NCBI GenBank assembly: GCA_021783235.1
Contig: JAJXUD010000002.1
Coordinates: forward strand, 90,693 to 154,692
Direction: 5' to 3'
DNA from: Myxococcales bacterium
GTDB taxonomy: Bacteria; Myxococcota; Myxococcia; Myxococcales; JAKAPL01
DNA length: 64,000 nucleotides
Shown: piece after piece, positions 55,910 to 64,000 of the stretch
Numbering within the stretch: the stretch's first letter is position 1
How the letters are laid out: each line of letters opens with the position of its first letter
Position numbers and translations under genes: made by a program
Notes under the pieces: model-generated
The model's database searches: none
The model's input: only the letters and a program-made list of their open reading frames with translations
Told to the model about the DNA's origin: nothing

Positions 55910-56110
55910 TCAGCCGTCGATCTCCCACGGCTTCTCCCACGGACGCAGCTCGCGGCGCTCGCGTAGGATGGGCCAGAGCAGCTTCTGGAGCTCGAGGACG
56001 CGGCGCACCTTCTCGTCGAAGGGCCGCGCCGCCGCCTCCTGGTGGTGGCGCGCCTGGGTCGCGCGCTGGGCGGCCAGGAGTTCGGGCGAGGGACGGGAGC
56101 GAGCGGCCAT
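55910..56110 (-). CDS. small hypothetical protein downstream of the nucleotidyltransferase gene
   Basis: 66 aa, starting 6 nt after the upstream stop. Helical and charged (FDEKVRRVLELQKLLWPILRERRELRPWEKPWE). Confidence 0.45.
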   Translation of the reverse strand: MAARSRPSPELLAAQRATQARHHQEAAARPFDEKVRRVLELQKLLWPILRERRELRPWEKPWEIDG

Positions 56111-56116
56111 GGGCTC

Positions 56117-56605
56117 CTAGCCCTCTTGCGGAGGATGCCGGCGAAGGACGGCGTCGATGGCTTCTCGCGTCACCGCGTTCGCCTGAAGCAGCAGCTCCAC
56201 GCGCTCGCGTCGTTTCGCGCCGCCCGCCCTCAGCCAGAGCGCGGCGAGGTGCTCGGGTCGCATCACCCGAAACGGCACGCCCCCTAGCTCGCGGTTGGCG
56301 GCCGACTCGATGGCTTCGTCCGACAGGGGGTCGAAGGAGACGAGAAACTGCACTGGCGTCCCGTGAATCAGCACGTGCTCGGCGGTCGGCTCGAAGCCCT
56401 TCGATCGTAGCGTCCGATACAGCGGCTCCAGCGTCACGATGAGCTTCTCCTCGCCCGGCAGAAAGACGAACACGTCGAGGTCGAAGGTAACGGTGGGCTC
56501 GGCCCAGAAGATCATCGCCATCGCCCCGCCGATGGCGTACTCCGCGAGGACTCCCTCTTTTTTCAGCGCGTTCAGCTCTCTGAAGCAGTCCGAGAGAGAG
56601 GCCAT
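56117..56605 (-). CDS. nucleotidyltransferase-fold protein (DUF6036/MNT-like)
   Basis: YAIGGAMAMIFWAEPTVTFDLDVFVFL matches the GG...DxD NTase signature. The C-terminal helical part (FRVMRPEHLAALWLRAGGAKRRERVELLL) resembles the AbiEii/DUF6036 style. Confidence 0.6.
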   Translation of the reverse strand: MASLSDCFRELNALKKEGVLAEYAIGGAMAMIFWAEPTVTFDLDVFVFLPGEEKLIVTLEPLYRTLRSKGFEPTAEHVLIHGTPVQFLVSFDPLSDEAIESAANRELGGVPFRVMRPEHLAALWLRAGGAKRRERVELLLQANAVTREAIDAVLRRHPPQEG

Positions 56606-57115
56606 CGGGGTTTGGGTGGCGCGGCGCCGCTACCGGCGGGCCGTCTGCACCCACCTCCTTTCAGGCCATGCCGAGCGTTCGCACGCGGGCTGGTTGGGTC
56701 GAGCGGTTTCGGTCATGCCCCAGCGCTTACCATTTCGTGCAGCGGCCATGCCTTCACGACGTGCCATCGCCGGCAGTGTAGCCGCGAATTGCCGGCCGCG
56801 GTCAATGGCTCTGGCATCGGCTTCGGCGTACTGCCCGCGGCGCGGCCGTCCAAGTCCCCGCAGAGGGCGACCATCACGCGAACGCTGGCAAGAGCTACGT
56901 GCCGATGGATCACGCGGAGGTGACTGCGACGGATCGGTCTGGTCACGGTTTCAACGGGCATCGCCTTCACCACGGCGAGCATGGGCGCCGGGACACCATG
57001 GTAAGTTCCGAGATCCATGGACCTTCCGGAGCATGATGGAGATACGAAAACAGCGCTTGACCGGCTGGCATCCGATGGGCTAGCTGCAGAGCTCGTTCGA
57101 ACGAGGAGGAACCGC

Positions 57116-58105
57116 ATGCCGTCGAAGGGTCATTGGCTGATTTCATTCGCGGCGCTCACGGGTCTGATCGCTTGCGGCGGCTCCGGGGCGAAGTCCGGCG
57201 GGGCTTCCGACGGCGGGGCTTCCGACGGCGGCTCGGCGGGTGGAGGAGCCACTGGCGGCCTCACGGCCTCCCAGTTCTGCTCGCAGCTCACCGGCGCTCT
57301 GGCGACTCGACTGGGTGACTGCCTGTTGGGGCCGGCCAGCTTCTGGACCGCCACCTTTCAGGGTCAATGCTCGGCTGTCGCGACCTCCGTCTCGAGCGGT
57401 CGCGTGAAATACGACGCGAGCCAGGCGCAAGCCTGTCTCGGGGAGATCGCCGGCATGAGCTGCGCGGTAATCTCCTCTGGTTCCGGGGCGCTCGCCGAGC
57501 AGTCCTGCGCCGCGGCCCTCGTGGGCACCGTCCCGACCGGCGGAAGCTGTTACGACACCGGTCTCGATTGCGTCCCCAACGACATCTGCGATTTGACGAG
57601 CTGTCCTGGAATCTGTCGAGCGGAGCTGGCGGCGGGACAGGCTTGCGCTGCCGGGGACATCTGCGTCACGGGCTACTCCTGCGTGAACTCCGTCTGCACG
57701 CAACAAGCGTCCCCGAGCCCCGGGGCGAGCCAGGGCCAGGGCTGCAACGCGCAGAGCGGACCCTTTTGCGCCGTCGGACTGAACTGCGATCCGGTCTCGA
57801 ACCTCTGCGAGCCCGTCGTCGCCGAGGGGGGGGGCTGCGTCCCGGCCCACGACCAGTGCGAGATGGGCACCTACTGCGGCGGCTCGAACGTCTGCACGGT
57901 CTACTCGAGCGCCGGCGGCCCGTGCGGCTTGACGCCGACCGGGGAGTACGCCGGCTGCTTTCCAGGGGCTTACTGCAACGCTCAGAGCCAGATGGGGAGC
58001 TGCGTCGCCGCGCTCGCCGCCGGCGCCGCGTGCAGCCAGGGAATGGAGTGCCAGTCGGGCAGCTGCACGAACGGGAGCTGCGTACCGGCTTGTAGCGGGG
58101 CCTAG
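57116..58105 (+). CDS. Cys-rich lipoprotein (third, distinct Cys pattern)
   Basis: GAGGAGGA SD before the ATG at 57116. Lipobox LIAC and a Gly/Ser linker. Repeated G-x-x-C...C-x-x-G-x-x-C-x-x-x-x-C units (GQACAAGDICVTGYSCVNSVC, GGGCVPAHDQCEMGTYCGGSNVC, GAACSQGMECQSGSCTNGSC). Confidence 0.75.
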   Translation: MPSKGHWLISFAALTGLIACGGSGAKSGGASDGGASDGGSAGGGATGGLTASQFCSQLTGALATRLGDCLLGPASFWTATFQGQCSAVATSVSSGRVKYDASQAQACLGEIAGMSCAVISSGSGALAEQSCAAALVGTVPTGGSCYDTGLDCVPNDICDLTSCPGICRAELAAGQACAAGDICVTGYSCVNSVCTQQASPSPGASQGQGCNAQSGPFCAVGLNCDPVSNLCEPVVAEGGGCVPAHDQCEMGTYCGGSNVCTVYSSAGGPCGLTPTGEYAGCFPGAYCNAQSQMGSCVAALAAGAACSQGMECQSGSCTNGSCVPACSGA

Positions 58106-58917
58106 AAGACCACTTCGTCGATCCCATCTGCCAGCAGCTCTGCCAGGCCTGCGCGCCCTCGGATGACGAGGGCCTCCGCTCTCTCGCGCTCTGCGGTTAC
58201 AGCTATCCGTCCTTGCTCGGCTGCGACCTCGACGCCGGAAGTCTTTTCACGCCGCCGTTCGCTGCCGTCGTCATGCGGGCGCAGCTGACCGCCCTCGACG
58301 CCGGCTGGGAGGACCGAAACCCGTGAACGGTCCGCCCTGAGGCCAGCGCGGCCCCGAACGGCGTCCGCCGACGAGCCTTCGGATGGGCGCCGCCTCCAGC
58401 GCCGAGATGACTCCGGCGCGCTCAGCACTGCCCCCTGCGCGCCGCCGTCGGTCGAGTAGGCGTTCCGCGAGTCCACCGCGAGCACGAGGGAGAGATAGTC
58501 CAGGCTGTTTCCAAGGAGCGCCACGGGCCCGGATGCGGGACAGCCGGCCCTCGGGTGGACCCCTCGGACGGCTCGACCCTGAGCTGCCAGATGGCGATCT
58601 GCAGCCCGACCGTGCTGATCTCCGGGCAGCAGAGTCCCTACGGCGTGGAGCTGGATTCGAGCGACCTCTACTGGACGAGCAGCTCGACCGGCGCCGTGAA
58701 TCGGTGCGACCCGATGAACTGCGCAATGATCCTCGGTGCCGTCTCCCCGCTGGGGAGCTACGCGGCGATCCTGACCTGCCCGTTCGAACGCCCTGCGAGG
58801 GCGAGTGGAGCTCCTCGATGCACCCGCGAAGTGTACATCCTCTCGGTCGCTGCCGGAGGCCGAGGGTCCTGGACTGCGCCTGGGGGGGGCTCGCCCAGAG
58901 TCAGGGGGCTGAGGTAG
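58096..58917. pseudogene. patch of gene remnants on both strands; no intact ORF with a start
   Basis: Plus frame 58096-58326 reads EDHFVDPICQQLCQACAPSDDEGLRSLALCGYSYPSLLGCDLD with good G/C-ending codons but no start. Minus 58524-58420 reads LAVDSRNAYSTDGGAQGAVLSAP. Plus 58597-58740 reads CSPTVLISGQQSPYGVELDSSDLYWTSSSTGAVNRCDPMNC. Confidence 0.3.
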
Positions 58918-58926
58918 ACCCGCGGC

Positions 58927-61900
58927 ATGGCGACGACGGTTTCGAGCGAGCGGTGCGACGCGCAGACGCGGCCGGAGCTGCTCGCCTGGGCGATCGAGCG
59001 GGGGCTCGAGGACGAGGTCGAGGGCGATCTCGCCGAGTTCCTCGGCCTCGCGCGGCTCTCCCGCCCGGCGTCGCGGCTCTTGGCTTCGCTGTACGAGCGC
59101 GGTTTCTGCGGCTCGCTGGCGGAGCTCCTCGGCGGCGGGAATCGCGCCCTCGAGTTTCGGCTCGCCTCCCGCAAGAATCGTCTCCTTCTGCCCGAGATCG
59201 AGGGCGCGGTCCGCGACTACCTCACGCTCTGCCGTCAGGTCGCGGTGAAGCCGCGCGCGGTCGCTTCGCCCGCCCGGGCGAAGTCCGGCAAGAGATCCGC
59301 GCGGACTCGGGCCGAGGGGGAGGAGGTGGCGCGGCTCTTGGCCCTTCGGGCGAAGCCGCCGTCGGACGCGTCGCTGAGGGACTTCGCCGAACGGCTCTGG
59401 GAGCTCTGGGCCGAGCTGCGCGAGGCGGTCGCGCCGGGGGGCGAGCCACTGAAGGTCGATCTCGTCTGGCGGCCCGAGCCGCCCACGTTTCGGGCCTCGG
59501 TTCAGGATCTACGGTCGGCCGGCCGGCCGACCGTCTCCTGGTGGCCCGGCTCTCTCGCCAGCGTGGAGCTGTCGCTCGACGGCTGGCGCCGCGCACTGCT
59601 CCGGCCCCGCTGCGATTGCCTCAGCGCGAGGGGGGAGGGCTGCGCCCACGCGCTGGCGCTGGTCGAGGAGCTGCTCCGCCTCCTGCACGAGAACGCGGCG
59701 GGGTTGCCGGCCAGCTTCGCCGAGACACTGGGCCAGCCCGACTGGCGCCGGGCGCTCGGAGCACTCGAGCGCCGGCTCGCGAGCCTGCGCCAGAAGGGCG
59801 AGCCGCCGGAGCGGCGTCAGCTCTCCTGGCGGATCGCGCCGTCGGGCAACGTTCCACGGCTCGAGCCCGTGCTCCAGAAGCCGCTCGAGCGCGGCGGCTG
59901 GTCGCCCGGAAAGACCATCTCCCTCTCGGAGCTGAGAGATCTGCCCGACGCCCTCTCCCAGCCGGGGGACGCGAGGGTCCTCGATCTCCTCGAGGACGCC
60001 GCCCAGGCGACCGACTTGCGGCGCGCCGAGGAGAAGCGCTTCGCGGCGCTGGAGCAGCTCGCGGGCCACCCGCGGCTGCTCTGCGAGCGGGGCGGCAGCC
60101 GCCCCTGGACGCTCCGTCCGGCTCCCTTGCGGGTCGAGGTCGTCGAGGCCGGAGAGGGGGCGCTCGCGCTGCGGCCCACCCTGGGCGGCGATCCCGCGAC
60201 CGCCGAGCTGGCCTGGCGGGCCGGGGGGCGGCGCTACCTCGTGGAGTTCGACGATTCGAAGGCAGAGTGCCTGATCGCGCGGATCCCGCCCGAGGCCGCG
60301 GCCCTGCTCGGGGCCTTCGGGCCGCTGCGGCCGACCTTCCCGCCGGAGGGGCACGGCGAGCTGCTCCGGTGGCTCGCGCCGCTCGAGGCGGCCCTGCCCA
60401 TCGAGCTGCCCGCGGCGCTCGCCGGCGAGCGGGTCGCGGCCGACTCCCGTCCCATCCTGCGGCTCCGGGAGCTCCCGGCCGGCGGCCTCGGGCTCGAGGT
60501 CCGGCTGCGGCCGCTGCCCGGCGGGCCGCTCTTTCCCCCGGGCGAAGGGCCGGCGCGGCTCGCGTCGCTCGTGGGGGCGCGGCGCAGCTTCGCCGAGCGC
60601 GATCTGCCGGCGGAGGCGGCCGCGGTCGGCGCGACGCTGGGCGGGTTGCCGTTGCCGCCCGCGGCGTCGGCCCCGCCGTGGTTCGCCGAGATCGGCCAGC
60701 TCGATGGCGCCCTCGATCTGCTCGCGGCGGTCGAGCCCCGCGCGGCCGCGGGTGAGCTCTCCGTCGAGTGGTACGAGCCGGCGACGGCTTGGCGGGTGAC
60801 GCGGCCCGCCTCGGCGGGCGATCTGCGCGTGCGCGTGGAGGAGCGCACCGACTGGTTCGGGATCAAGGGGGAGATCGAGATCGAGGGGCTCGTGGCGCCG
60901 CTCGCCGAGCTGCTCGACGCCGTCCGACGCGGCGGCCGCTACGTTCGGGTCGCCCCCGGGCGGTTCGTCGCGCTCTCCTTGGAGCTGCGCGCGCGGCTCG
61001 CGGCCGCGGCCGAGGTGGCCTACCCGGGCCGCTCGGGGCTCGAGGTCTCGCCGGCCGCCGCGCCCGAGCTCGACGGCCTCTTCGACGGCGCCGCCGAGGC
61101 GAAGCTCCCGCTCGCCTGGAGACGGCTGCAGAGTCGCCTGCGCGCGGCCGAGGGGCTCGACCCCGAGCCGCCCCCGGAGCTCGCCGCGCTGCTGCGCCCC
61201 TACCAGCGCGACGGCTTTCGCTGGCTCTCGCGGCTGTCGGCCTGGGGCGTCGGCGCCTGCCTCGCGGACGACATGGGGCTCGGCAAGACGCTGCAGGCGC
61301 TCGCGGTCCTCTCGAGCCGCGCCCAGGCCGGCCCCGCGCTCGTGCTCGCGCCCACCTCCGTCTGTGGCAACTGGATCCGGGAGGCGCGCCGCTTCGCGCC
61401 CTCCCTGCGGCCGATCCTCTACCGCGAGGCCGACCGCGAGCGCGTCCTCGGCGAGCTCGGTCCGGGCGACCTGCTCCTCGCGAGCTACGCGCTCCTCGTC
61501 CGGGACGAGGAGCGCTTCCGCGAGGCGAAGCTTGGGACGCTCGTGCTCGACGAGGCGCAGGCGATCAAGAACGGCGCGACGCGCCGGGCCCGCGCCGTCC
61601 GGGATCTCCAGGCGGACTGGCGCTTCGCGCTCACCGGGACGCCGGTCGAGAACCAGCTGGGCGAGCTCTGGAGCCTCTTTCGCATCTTGAACCCTGGGCT
61701 GCTCGGCTCCTGGGAGCAGTTCCGCGAGCGCTTCGCGAACCCCATCGAGCGGGGGAAGGACCCCGCCCGTAGGTCCGCGCTCGCCCGGGTCGTCAGGCCG
61801 TTCGTGCTCCGGCGCACCAAGGCCGAGGTCGCGCCGGAGCTGCCGCCGCGGACCGAGATCCAGCTCTCGGTCCGGCTGTCGGGGGAAGAGCGGCGGCTCT

Positions 61901-62946
61901 ACGACGCCGCGCGGCTCGCGGCGGCGGCGCGGATGACCGGTCTCGCCGAGGGCGCGGACGACCCGACGGCGCGCTTCCAGGTGCTCGCCGAGCTGACGCG
62001 GCTCCGGCAGCTCGCCTGCCACCCGAAGCTGCTCGATCGGGAGAGCCGAGCGCCGAGCGCGAAGCTCGATCGACTGCTCGAGATCGTCGCGACGCTGCGC
62101 GAGGAGGGGCACCGGGCGCTCGTTTTCAGCCAGTTCGTCGAACTCCTCTCGCTCGTCCGCGAGGCGCTCGACGCCCGCGGCATCCACTACCAGTACCTCG
62201 ACGGCTCGACGCCCGCGGCCGAGCGCGACGACCGCGTCGACGCCTTCCAGCGGGGCGAGGGCGACCTCTTCCTCATCTCGCTGCGGGCCGGCGGCACGGG
62301 GCTGAACCTCACCGCCGCCGACTACGTGATCCACCTGGACCCGTGGTGGAACCCCGCCGTCGAGGACCAGGCCACCGACCGGGCCCACCGGATCGGTCAG
62401 GACAAGCCCGTCACCGTCTACCGGCTCGTCACCCAGGGGACGGTCGAGGAGGCCATCCTCGAGCTGCACGGCAAGAAGCGCGACCTCGTCGCGGGGATCC
62501 TCGACGGGAGCGGCGCCGCGGCGCGGCTCTCGAACCGCGAGCTGCTCGCGCTCATTCGATCGGGCGAGCGGGCACCCGCCGAGGAGCCGGACGATCGCGC
62601 GGGCGAAGAGGTCGTCGCGGAGGCGGTCGCGCCACCGCCGCTGGTCCAGGCGACGGCAGCCCCCACTTCAGCGTCGCCGGACCTCGAGGCGCTCGCGAGG
62701 GCCGTCCTCGCACAGTGCCGGCGCGAGGGGCTCGGCAAGCAGGTCGTCAAGCAGTACGGCCGCGTCCTCGATCGCTTCCTCGCGCACCAGGCCGCGGCCC
62801 CTGCGGCGCCGTGGGAGGAGCGGGCGAGCGGCTACCTCGCGGATCTCGCGGCGGGTCGCACCGACGCGCCGCGGTCGGAGCTCACCTTCGCGCGGACGGT
62901 CCTGCGGCGCATGGCGCGGCTCGCGCCGCGGGCGGGCGCGACATAG
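58927..62946 (+). CDS. SWIM zinc-finger SNF2-family helicase with extended N- and C-terminal regions
   Basis: SWIM motif CDCLSARGEGCAHALALV. SNF2_N: LRPYQRDGFRWL, LADDMGLGKTLQ, LDEAQAIKN. Helicase C: LVFSQF, GGTGLNLTAADYVIHLDPWWNP, QATDRAHRIGQ. The last ~100 aa are a helical extra domain. Confidence 0.85.
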   Translation: MATTVSSERCDAQTRPELLAWAIERGLEDEVEGDLAEFLGLARLSRPASRLLASLYERGFCGSLAELLGGGNRALEFRLASRKNRLLLPEIEGAVRDYLTLCRQVAVKPRAVASPARAKSGKRSARTRAEGEEVARLLALRAKPPSDASLRDFAERLWELWAELREAVAPGGEPLKVDLVWRPEPPTFRASVQDLRSAGRPTVSWWPGSLASVELSLDGWRRALLRPRCDCLSARGEGCAHALALVEELLRLLHENAAGLPASFAETLGQPDWRRALGALERRLASLRQKGEPPERRQLSWRIAPSGNVPRLEPVLQKPLERGGWSPGKTISLSELRDLPDALSQPGDARVLDLLEDAAQATDLRRAEEKRFAALEQLAGHPRLLCERGGSRPWTLRPAPLRVEVVEAGEGALALRPTLGGDPATAELAWRAGGRRYLVEFDDSKAECLIARIPPEAAALLGAFGPLRPTFPPEGHGELLRWLAPLEAALPIELPAALAGERVAADSRPILRLRELPAGGLGLEVRLRPLPGGPLFPPGEGPARLASLVGARRSFAERDLPAEAAAVGATLGGLPLPPAASAPPWFAEIGQLDGALDLLAAVEPRAAAGELSVEWYEPATAWRVTRPASAGDLRVRVEERTDWFGIKGEIEIEGLVAPLAELLDAVRRGGRYVRVAPGRFVALSLELRARLAAAAEVAYPGRSGLEVSPAAAPELDGLFDGAAEAKLPLAWRRLQSRLRAAEGLDPEPPPELAALLRPYQRDGFRWLSRLSAWGVGACLADDMGLGKTLQALAVLSSRAQAGPALVLAPTSVCGNWIREARRFAPSLRPILYREADRERVLGELGPGDLLLASYALLVRDEERFREAKLGTLVLDEAQAIKNGATRRARAVRDLQADWRFALTGTPVENQLGELWSLFRILNPGLLGSWEQFRERFANPIERGKDPARRSALARVVRPFVLRRTKAEVAPELPPRTEIQLSVRLSGEERRLYDAARLAAAARMTGLAEGADDPTARFQVLAELTRLRQLACHPKLLDRESRAPSAKLDRLLEIVATLREEGHRALVFSQFVELLSLVREALDARGIHYQYLDGSTPAAERDDRVDAFQRGEGDLFLISLRAGGTGLNLTAADYVIHLDPWWNPAVEDQATDRAHRIGQDKPVTVYRLVTQGTVEEAILELHGKKRDLVAGILDGSGAAARLSNRELLALIRSGERAPAEEPDDRAGEEVVAEAVAPPPLVQATAAPTSASPDLEALARAVLAQCRREGLGKQVVKQYGRVLDRFLAHQAAAPAAPWEERASGYLADLAAGRTDAPRSELTFARTVLRRMARLAPRAGAT

Positions 62947-62964
62947 GGCGGGGGCGTTCGGCGT

Positions 62965-64000
62965 TCAGCTGCAGGTCGAGCCGCTGCAGCTCCTCGAACA
63001 GCAGCTCGAGCAGCTCTGGGTCGGGCTCCCCGCCGGAGCGCAGCAGCGGCCGCCGCTGCACGTCTCGCTGCCGCAGTTCGCGCAGGCACCGCCGAATCTG
63101 CCGCAGGCCCAGCTCATTCCGCCCGATTCGCAGACGCCGCCGCTGCAGCAGCCCGTGCAGCCGGCGCTCGTGGCGCAGCTGCCGCCGCAGCCATCGGCGG
63201 CGCCCTGGCACTTGTTCGCGCAGGTCGGCTGGCAGCACTGGTAGGCGCCGCTGAGGTTCGTGCAGAAGGCTGGACTCGCGCAGCTCTGGCAGGCGGCCCC
63301 GGCGGCGCCGCAGTCGGCGTCCTGGCTGCCGGGCTGGCAGACGGCGTTGGCGTCGCAGCAGCCGCTGCACTGGTCGGCCGCGCACGGGTGGCCGCAGCCG
63401 TCGTCGGCGCCGGCGCACTTGCCCGCGCAGCTCGGCGCGCAGCAGGACCCTCCGGAGTTGCACTCGTCGCCCCCCGGGCAGCAGACGCCACTGCAGCAGA
63501 CGCTGCCGCAGCCCCCACCGGCGGGCGCGGGGCCGCTGTTGGGCGACCAGGCCGAGGTGGAGGCCGACGGTTGGCAGCTCTGGCAGGCGGCCTGCGGGTT
63601 CAGCGCGCCGCTCGGGTAGAGCGCGCCGCCGATGTAGCAGCCGGGCTGGCAGCTTCCGCCGTTGCAGATCTGCCCGGCCTGGCAGCTCCCGGCGGGGGCC
63701 GCACCCGTGTCGGGGCTCCAGCCGGTCGTCGTTCCGGCGGGCGTGCAGCTCTGGCAGCCGTTTTGCGGGTTCGTCGCGCCGGGGGGATAGAACGATCCGG
63801 CGACGAAGCAGCCGGCGGCGCAGCTCCCAGCGGCGCAGAGCTGCCCGGCCCCGCAGCTCGTGCCGTCGACCGCCTCCGTCCAGCCCGTGCCGTTCAGCGC
63901 GGGTTCGCAGCTCTGGCAGGGGTCCAACGGGTTTCGCGATCCACCCGCGAAGAGGCCGCCGTCGATGGCGCAGCCGACGCTGCAGCCGCCGTCGAAGCAG
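62965..64000 (-). CDS. Cys-rich protein combining type I and type II modules; 5' end outside the window
   Basis: The frame stays open to base 64000 (CFDGGCSVGCAIDGGLFAGGSRNPLDPCQSC...). It has at least three type I modules, then CAPSCAGKCAGADDGCGHPCAADQCSGCCDANAVCQPG and CQPTCANKCQGAADGCGGSCATSAGCTGCC (type II). Confidence 0.75.
   Translation of the reverse strand, partial: CFDGGCSVGCAIDGGLFAGGSRNPLDPCQSCEPALNGTGWTEAVDGTSCGAGQLCAAGSCAAGCFVAGSFYPPGATNPQNGCQSCTPAGTTTGWSPDTGAAPAGSCQAGQICNGGSCQPGCYIGGALYPSGALNPQAACQSCQPSASTSAWSPNSGPAPAGGGCGSVCCSGVCCPGGDECNSGGSCCAPSCAGKCAGADDGCGHPCAADQCSGCCDANAVCQPGSQDADCGAAGAACQSCASPAFCTNLSGAYQCCQPTCANKCQGAADGCGGSCATSAGCTGCCSGGVCESGGMSWACGRFGGACANCGSETCSGGRCCAPAGSPTQSCSSCCSRSCSGSTCS

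Noticed and set aside
56713-57117. 134-aa minus-strand ORF and overlapping plus-strand ORFs in a lower-GC gap, considered as a transposase or integrase remnant.
   Set aside because: No DDE, HUH, or tyrosine/serine recombinase motifs are recognisable. The composition is mixed and the ORF overlaps the SD and start of the lipoprotein gene at 57116.

Overview
High-GC bacterial chromosome segment. MYXO-CTERM-type C-terminal sorting signals (GCGC + hydrophobic helix + Arg cluster), many lipoproteins and strongly G/C-ending codons point to Myxococcota. Most very long ORFs in the six-frame track are Arg/Pro/Gly-rich antisense or off-frame shadows. I called about 50 genes by recognising motifs from memory, and from amino-acid composition, third-position G/C, Shine-Dalgarno sites and start/stop overlaps; no searches were run. 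Gene order: a 5'-truncated hypothetical and divIVA; arsR-arsD-arsA followed by a TSUP (TauE/SafE) permease instead of ArsB/Acr3; two SAM methyltransferases. An accessory-looking stretch (7.6-16.9 kb) holds a Lys/Ala-rich protein, a lectin-fold lipoprotein flanked by two copies of a structured ~90-nt repeat, a 903-aa helical protein with a DUF2325-like tail, a translationally coupled TIGR04255-like three-gene cassette, and a divergent ECF sigma/anti-sigma pair. Next come a CBM/glycosidase-like lipoprotein, TSUP+DUF1634, a serpin, and an HTH/membrane pair. After these lie a decayed HEPN-like (Rx4H) gene with a small partner, an AddB/AddA-like nuclease-helicase pair, and purS-purQ-(inserted secreted protein)-purL. 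These are followed by an M13 peptidase, an outer-membrane barrel, and two half-ABC exporters. A secretome block follows: two MYXO-CTERM propeller paralogues, two GT-C-like membrane proteins, a Pro-rich anchored protein, a PEGA protein, and several modular Cys-rich proteins. The window ends with a nucleotidyltransferase two-gene module and a SWIM-SNF2 helicase. The least explained signals are two long tandem arrays (16.39-16.80 kb and 53.26-53.68 kb). Both keep a strict 21-bp register, are built from dyad-symmetric motifs, and sit between convergent genes. Other unexplained items are the covarying structured repeat pair at 8.25/9.50 kb, the TIGR04255 cassette, and a family of shuffled Cys-rich modules. 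No rRNA, tRNA, CRISPR array or intact transposase/integrase was found.
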